From positions 761,517-825,516 of the forward strand of contig JALDTO010000192.1 in NCBI GenBank assembly GCA_023515725.1: a stretch of DNA of 64,000 nt, given 5' to 3'. The number at the start of each line of letters is the position of its first letter. Position 1 is the stretch's first letter. Below, piece after piece: positions 57,258 through 64,000 of this stretch. The notes below the pieces were generated by a model that worked only from the letters and a program-made list of their open reading frames with translations, was not told the DNA's origin and ran no database searches. This stretch comes from Amoeboaphelidium protococcarum X5. Its lineage: Eukaryota > Fungi > Aphelidiomycota. Made by a program: the position numbers and the translations under genes.

Positions 57258-59432
57258 TCATTGTCTAGGACAGTCGTTACTCAGCCAGCGGAAAATCTCC
57301 TTGTGCCATTTCAGTGAGTTCTCATTGTTCAGCACCCAATGATTCTCGTCTGGAAACAGAAGGAATCGAGATTTAACGCCACGTCTTTGCAATGCAGTGA
57401 ACGCTCCAATTCCCTGGTCAAGAGGAACGCGGTAGTCTAGAGCACCGTGGATAAACATCGTCGGAGTCTCCCACTTCTCCACCAATCTAGAAGGGTCCCA
57501 TTTGCTGTACACCTCAGGACTCTCCCATGGAGTGCCCAGAAACTCCCACTCATTAAAGTACAGCTCATCCGTGGTGAACCACATTGATTTGCTATCAAAC
57601 ACACCGTCATGATTAACGAAGCACTTGAACATCTTGTCCTGATTGTTACCATTCAGCCAATTGATCATGAAGCCACCATAAGACGCGCCTAATCCATAAA
57701 TGTTATCGGCATTAAACACTTTGCCGCCATACTTGGACACGGCATACTTGACGCCGGTGACAATATCTTCATTTGGATAAGATCCCCAGTTTCCTCTAAT
57801 GGAGTCGGTAAAGTTCTGACCAAATCCAGTTGAGCCGTGGAAGTTGATCATTAGCACCGCGTAACCTTGAGCGGCAAACACTTGTGGATTCCAACGGTAA
57901 CTCCACTGATTGAGCCAAGCACTCTATGGGCCACCATGGATTAGAACAACGAGTGGCGGTAATTTGCCGTCAGCTTTTGCAGCATTGGCACTAGGATGAA
58001 TAAACCAACCTTGAACTGACTCATTGCGAGCACCGGTGAATGTGATATTCTCAACCACTCCATACTAAATGCCCTTAACCAGGTTGTCATTATCATGAGT
58101 TAATAAATGCATCTAGGACACACCTACATCAGCAATTTCAGTGACTAACGCAACATCAGTGGGGTGAATATAACTAGACACAATGGCGTAAAATTAACCA
58201 CTTAATTCACTCTATGCACCGGCAGGCTTTACATCCGAGACACTATACTCCTAAAACTACTTATTAGAAATTTTAGATAATCTACCAGTAGCCAAGTTCA
58301 ATTTTAACAGCACGGAGCGTCCACGATTCTCCGTGATGATGAACGCCATCTAGCCTTAGTTGGCCAGCTCGTAACTCTTGACAGAGAAATCGTAATGGCC
58401 AGTGAGTGACTCAACATTAGAGCTGCAAGACTCTTTGACGCAGACACGATATAAGACATTTTTGTCCGCCTCATAGCCTGCTCTCTCCATCTCTAAAAAG
58501 TAAACCCAATCGCCAACTAGCTTTGGCCTTGATCTAGCACCCTCTCCATCACCATTTACTTTACGCAATGACTGAGGGGCCTGAGTATCCAGCATGAAGA
58601 TATTCGTATGAGTGGCCCATGCTTAACGCGATTCGCCATTATTAGCAAAAGTGTTGAACACAAGATACTGACCATCATCACTGAAATTATAATCAGCCGC
58701 ATCAGGGAAAGGCTTCACTGGAGTACTCAACGAAGGGTGATGGACCATCATATTCTTAGCAGAATCAAAATCGACCTCCTTATCATTATTATCCAAATCA
58801 AAAGGTACAGTGAATATATGGCTAACCTTTCCATCTTCATACTTGTCCCAATGACGCATGTACAAGTTGTCAAACACCTAGCCAGTGGATTTCTCATCGC
58901 GCTTCTTCGCCTCATCCCTGTCCGCGGTGCCTTTCAGAGTAGGCTCATCTGGGTACACATAGCTGGAGAAGGAGAAGAATTTACCCTTTACGTGATACTT
59001 GAGATGATCAATAGGATACTTGATGTCGGCAATAGCCTTTGCCACAAGTTTGTTATCACCGCTATGCTCTAGAGTGGTAAGCATCAGCTATTGCTTTCCA
59101 TCTTTGGACCTGATAAATGATAGAGCATTCTCTTTCAGCCACACAGGACTAGAATCCTTGACACCAAGTGACGCGTCAGTGCTCACCTACAGAGTGCCAA
59201 ACTGAATATTAACTTTTGACATGCTCTATCCAGATTGACGATCATAATGCGATACAACATACGCAGCCAAATTGCCACTAGGACTCGTCACCAGATCGCC
59301 ATACTTGTACGCGTCAATCAATTTCTCTGGAGTCAGCTGTTGATCTTAGCCAGAAGAAGTGCGCATCAGTGGAATTTATCCTGCACTCAGGCAGCTAGCC
59401 ATAAGGCATAGCGAAAATATTACCGCCTTCAT
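57258..59432 (-). CDS. Secreted S9C dipeptidyl-peptidase V-like serine peptidase, 724 aa
   Basis: Signal peptide MKAVIFSLCLMASCLSA; LYMRHWD; IHGGP[TAG=Q]SAW; triad motifs GASYGG, DYRVP, FPDENHW. Confidence 0.92.
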
Positions 59433-59827
59433 ATTATTGAAAAATCGATTAATTAATCTATCTATTGACAATGATAAGATGATAAGTGGGAAACTAAATA
59501 AAGAAAGGGGCTTTGATGATATAGCGAGCTATATTATGGGCGAATGATCACGCAATCATTAGCCACGAGATCGTGATCTACAGTAACCACTGTAGGCGCT
59601 TCAACATCAACTTCAAATTCCGTCGCAAATAATCAATTTGCGATTAGTGAAAAAAAGATGGAATTTAATTTAGAAAAATGAAGTCTCAAAGATTTGCACA
59701 ATTGTCACAATAATGCGCATCTTATGGCAGACAATCTTTCGTATTTTTAACATGAAAAACGCATTATTACAAGCTCCGTGTTATAAATTCATTATTCGAT
59801 CATGATCTATCATAAACTAACAAGTAG

Positions 59828-61159
59828 TCATTGAGTCTTGGAATCGCACAAGTTTACAACTCCAGGCAGCTCCTTACCTTCTGCCAATTCGACGGAGCTA
59901 CCACCGCCAGTACTAACATGAGACACTTTATCATCAGCATTCCATTTGGACACTGCAGTTGCCGTGTCACCACCACCGACAATGGAAATGGCGCCATTCT
60001 ACGCCGTTGCTTCGATAACAGCATCAAGAACACCTCTAGTTCCCGCGGAGAAGCTATCAAACTCAAATACACCCATTGGGCCATTCCACAGGATGGTCTT
60101 GCTCTTCAACACAACCTCCTTGAACTTCTTTACAGATTCGCTGCCGACATCCAAGCCCATCCACTCGTCCTTGATGCCAGACTTATCATCAGCATATCCA
60201 ACTTCGGCATCTTTCGCAAACTTGGATGCAGTGACATAGTCCACAGGGAACACCAACTCTACATTCTTACTCTTGGCCTTCTCCACCAACTTCTTCACAA
60301 TCTTACCGCCCTCTTCATCAAACAGGGATTTACCAATGGACACACCATCAACAACCTTCTTGAAAGTGAACGCCATACCACCACCAATGATCATCGCATT
60401 AACCTTATCCAATAGATTCTCAATCAGCTGTATCTTATCAGACACTTTGGCACCACCAATGATAGCCAGGAATGGACGCTGCGGATTCTCCAATGCCATA
60501 CCGAAAAAGTCCAACTCCTTCTTCATCAAGAAGCCGGCAGCTCTAGTCTCCAGCTTAATACCCACTACAGAGCTGTGTGCACGATGCGCAGTACCAAAAG
60601 CATCATTCACATACACGTCACCCAACTGCGATAGGGATTGTCTAAACTTTTCAACATCTTCCTTGTTCGCCTTCACCTTATTCCCTGCCTCATCCTTCAC
60701 AGATCCCTCCTCCTCGATGTGGAAGCGCAAGTTCTCCAGTAGAATAACCTCCCCATTGGCGGCATTCTTGCACTGATCCTCAACCTTCTGACCGACACAA
60801 TCTTCCAAGAAGGTAACTTTGCGCTTCAGCAGTCGCTCCACCTCAGCAGCGACTGGCTTCAAGGAGTACTTTGATACCACCTTACCATCAGGTCTACCCA
60901 AGTGGGACATCAACACCACAGCCTTTGCTCCATTCTTCAGACAGTGTTCAATAGACGGAATCGCTGCCACTATACGCTGATTATTGCTAATCTTGCCATC
61001 AGCGAATGGAACGTTAAAGTCAACACTACATGTTCAATACAGTACATGAATAATGTTAATCAATCAACATCAGTTTAGATGACTGTCAACTTACCGCATC
61101 AATACACGCTTTCCCTTGACATCAATGTCCTTCAATCCCAACTTGTTTCCAATCTTCAT
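59828..61159 (-). CDS. PGK1: Phosphoglycerate kinase; intron 61026-61094
   Basis: [70 protein letters not shown]. Confidence 0.97.
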
Positions 61160-61318
61160 ACTATAAACTTTCAAAATTATAATCTTACTGAGTATTTACT
61201 TGTGAAATCACAATTAATCAAACACTTTCGCGTTAAAGAGAAAGCTTCGGCGGCGGCTTACTATGACTGGTAAAACTCGAAAACTAAAGAAAAATGTTCT
61301 CAACAATATTATATTCAA

Positions 61319-62335
61319 TCAGCTATTAAACCAAACACTGGGCTTCTGTGGAGTATTAATAAGAGTCTCGCGTGGCTTCAGTTTCTGAGGAGGTGCAAGT
61401 GATCTTCTCTTGCTAGCACTTGTGGGCTGCCAGTTGGAGCTGTGACGTCTTTTTGCAGGGGACTGATACCTTGATGGCGATTGAGTCCGCTAATTCTAAA
61501 AATCAGTTTTCATACTGGTGACGGTGTAGAATGATGATGATGAATTCTCGGATACCACGGATCTGTTCTCCACTTGAGACTACCTGTCAGCACTGTTGTA
61601 TGGTCTTTGAATCAGCATACTGACACACAGTCTACATAGCCAGTCATCATTCTAAAGCTGACGTTTTGTTACAACTTGTAGAACTTAGTGTTGTAACTTG
61701 ATTTTGACAGACTCTGTTTCAGTGACATTTATCACAAACCCATACGGCAAATCTACAGCTTAGTACGGCTTCGCGCAATGCCCACATATCCAATGATTAC
61801 CGCCAGTTTCATGCTTGTGAACATCAACTTCTGAGGACAATTAGCCACATAGATCACCGACATCGCCATTCAACTCCTAATAATAATCTTCATCTGTTTG
61901 ACAAGCCGCGTCACGGAAAACGCGTGTTTCAGTCTGGCTTTCACTGTTTCTCATTTTCAATCCAGCCGCGAGTGAAAGTGTTTCGCGTGTTAGATGAGCT
62001 TGATCGACATGCTCCTGAGCGTCTTGGTAATTCTCTACCACTGTTTCATTTACGTTGATGGTACATACTCTGTTCTCATATTCATGATCAGACACGGCAT
62101 CATGCCACTCAGTCTCTTAAGATTCCGTGTTTTCCAGTTTAAGGTATGGACTATTTTCTAATTCTTGTATTTTATCTAATGATTTTAATTGATTTTGAGC
62201 AATTAAAATTTTGTCTACTAGACTAGCGTTAGAGCCAACAATCTTCACATTGAACTTTAGACAATATTTCTTGAGCTTATTCCGATCTAGCGTTTAAAGA
62301 TACTCTCTACCTAATTCTGATTCCATTGCCGGCAT
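61319..62335 (-). CDS. Hypothetical 338-aa protein with an N-terminal SAP-like helical motif and two CxxC pairs
   Basis: LQTLDRNKLKKYCLKFNVKIVGSNASLVDKIL; WICGHCAKPY and WLCRLC; basic S/P-rich tail. Confidence 0.6.
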
Positions 62336-62633
62336 ATCAATCAGAAATAGTGACAATAATTAGAATACAAACACACAGTGCAGACTATATGATGGGCGTA
62401 AGTGGAGTGGAACTGCCAGAAGAAGTTACACCACGAGAGATGAAGTCGGTCGGCTCTGGTTGAAACAAAGTCAAAGGCGACGAGAAGGACGCGTTACGGA
62501 GCTGCAACGGTTGCGTGGAGGTTTTATTTACATTTCCGTTTCGCTAGACTTTAGTTAACATTCTCCTACTGTTTAAACCGAACATTTATTAGTGCTTCCA
62601 ATTAAGGCGCAAGTTACCTGCAATAAGAACTGA

Positions 62634-63605
<972 letters not shown>

Positions 63606-64000
63606 GTACTGCAGTTATCTAACTGCGTGTGACTACCACTTTCATGTACTTGTATTTGTGTGAAGAATTTGAAAGCAAAATTACCATTATTTTACTGCAG
63701 CGATCTGAAAGACGAGTGAAATTTACTTTCCCACTTGTCTGCTATATTCCGCTTTGCTTCGCGTTAATACAGCGAGTCGTTTAAGTCGAAACCTCTCACG
63801 CTTTGAAATAGAGAAGAACTAAATCTTATTCGATCAGTGAAAAATTTTCAAAATTGAAACAAATTGATCTTCTACGCCAAACGAGAGAGACCTTATGCTC
63901 GGGAAAAAAAGAATGACGCTCATGTCGCGTGATGTTACGACGGCCAGTTGGCATTCTCCATTGCGAGATCCTGGAATTCTTTCTTCAAAACCTGTCGCTT

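Overview
Compact, gene-dense eukaryotic nuclear DNA that uses a non-standard genetic code: TAA and TAG encode Gln and only TGA is a stop (translation table 6). The supplied standard-code ORF track is therefore fragmented. Read with table 6, about 33 genes tile the window. Their fungal/opisthokont character (PFK with a glyoxalase-like N-domain, YSC84, FYV4, Exo70, FIBP, GDP-fucose synthase), together with the TAR=Gln code, suggests an aphelid such as Amoeboaphelidium (inference). Main points of interest: (1) an 8-kb cluster of three membrane-anchored, bacterial-style GT2/GT4 multidomain glycosyltransferases with a tandemly duplicated divergent promoter; (2) all 16 introns I could place end in TGTAG, mostly without a polypyrimidine tract; (3) an intronic box C/D snoRNA of snR67/SNORD31 type in mtHSP70, with an orphan second guide; (4) C-terminal anomalies in a MATE transporter (no TGA before the convergent gene) and in LHS1 (no HDEL). 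All coordinates come from manual translation.
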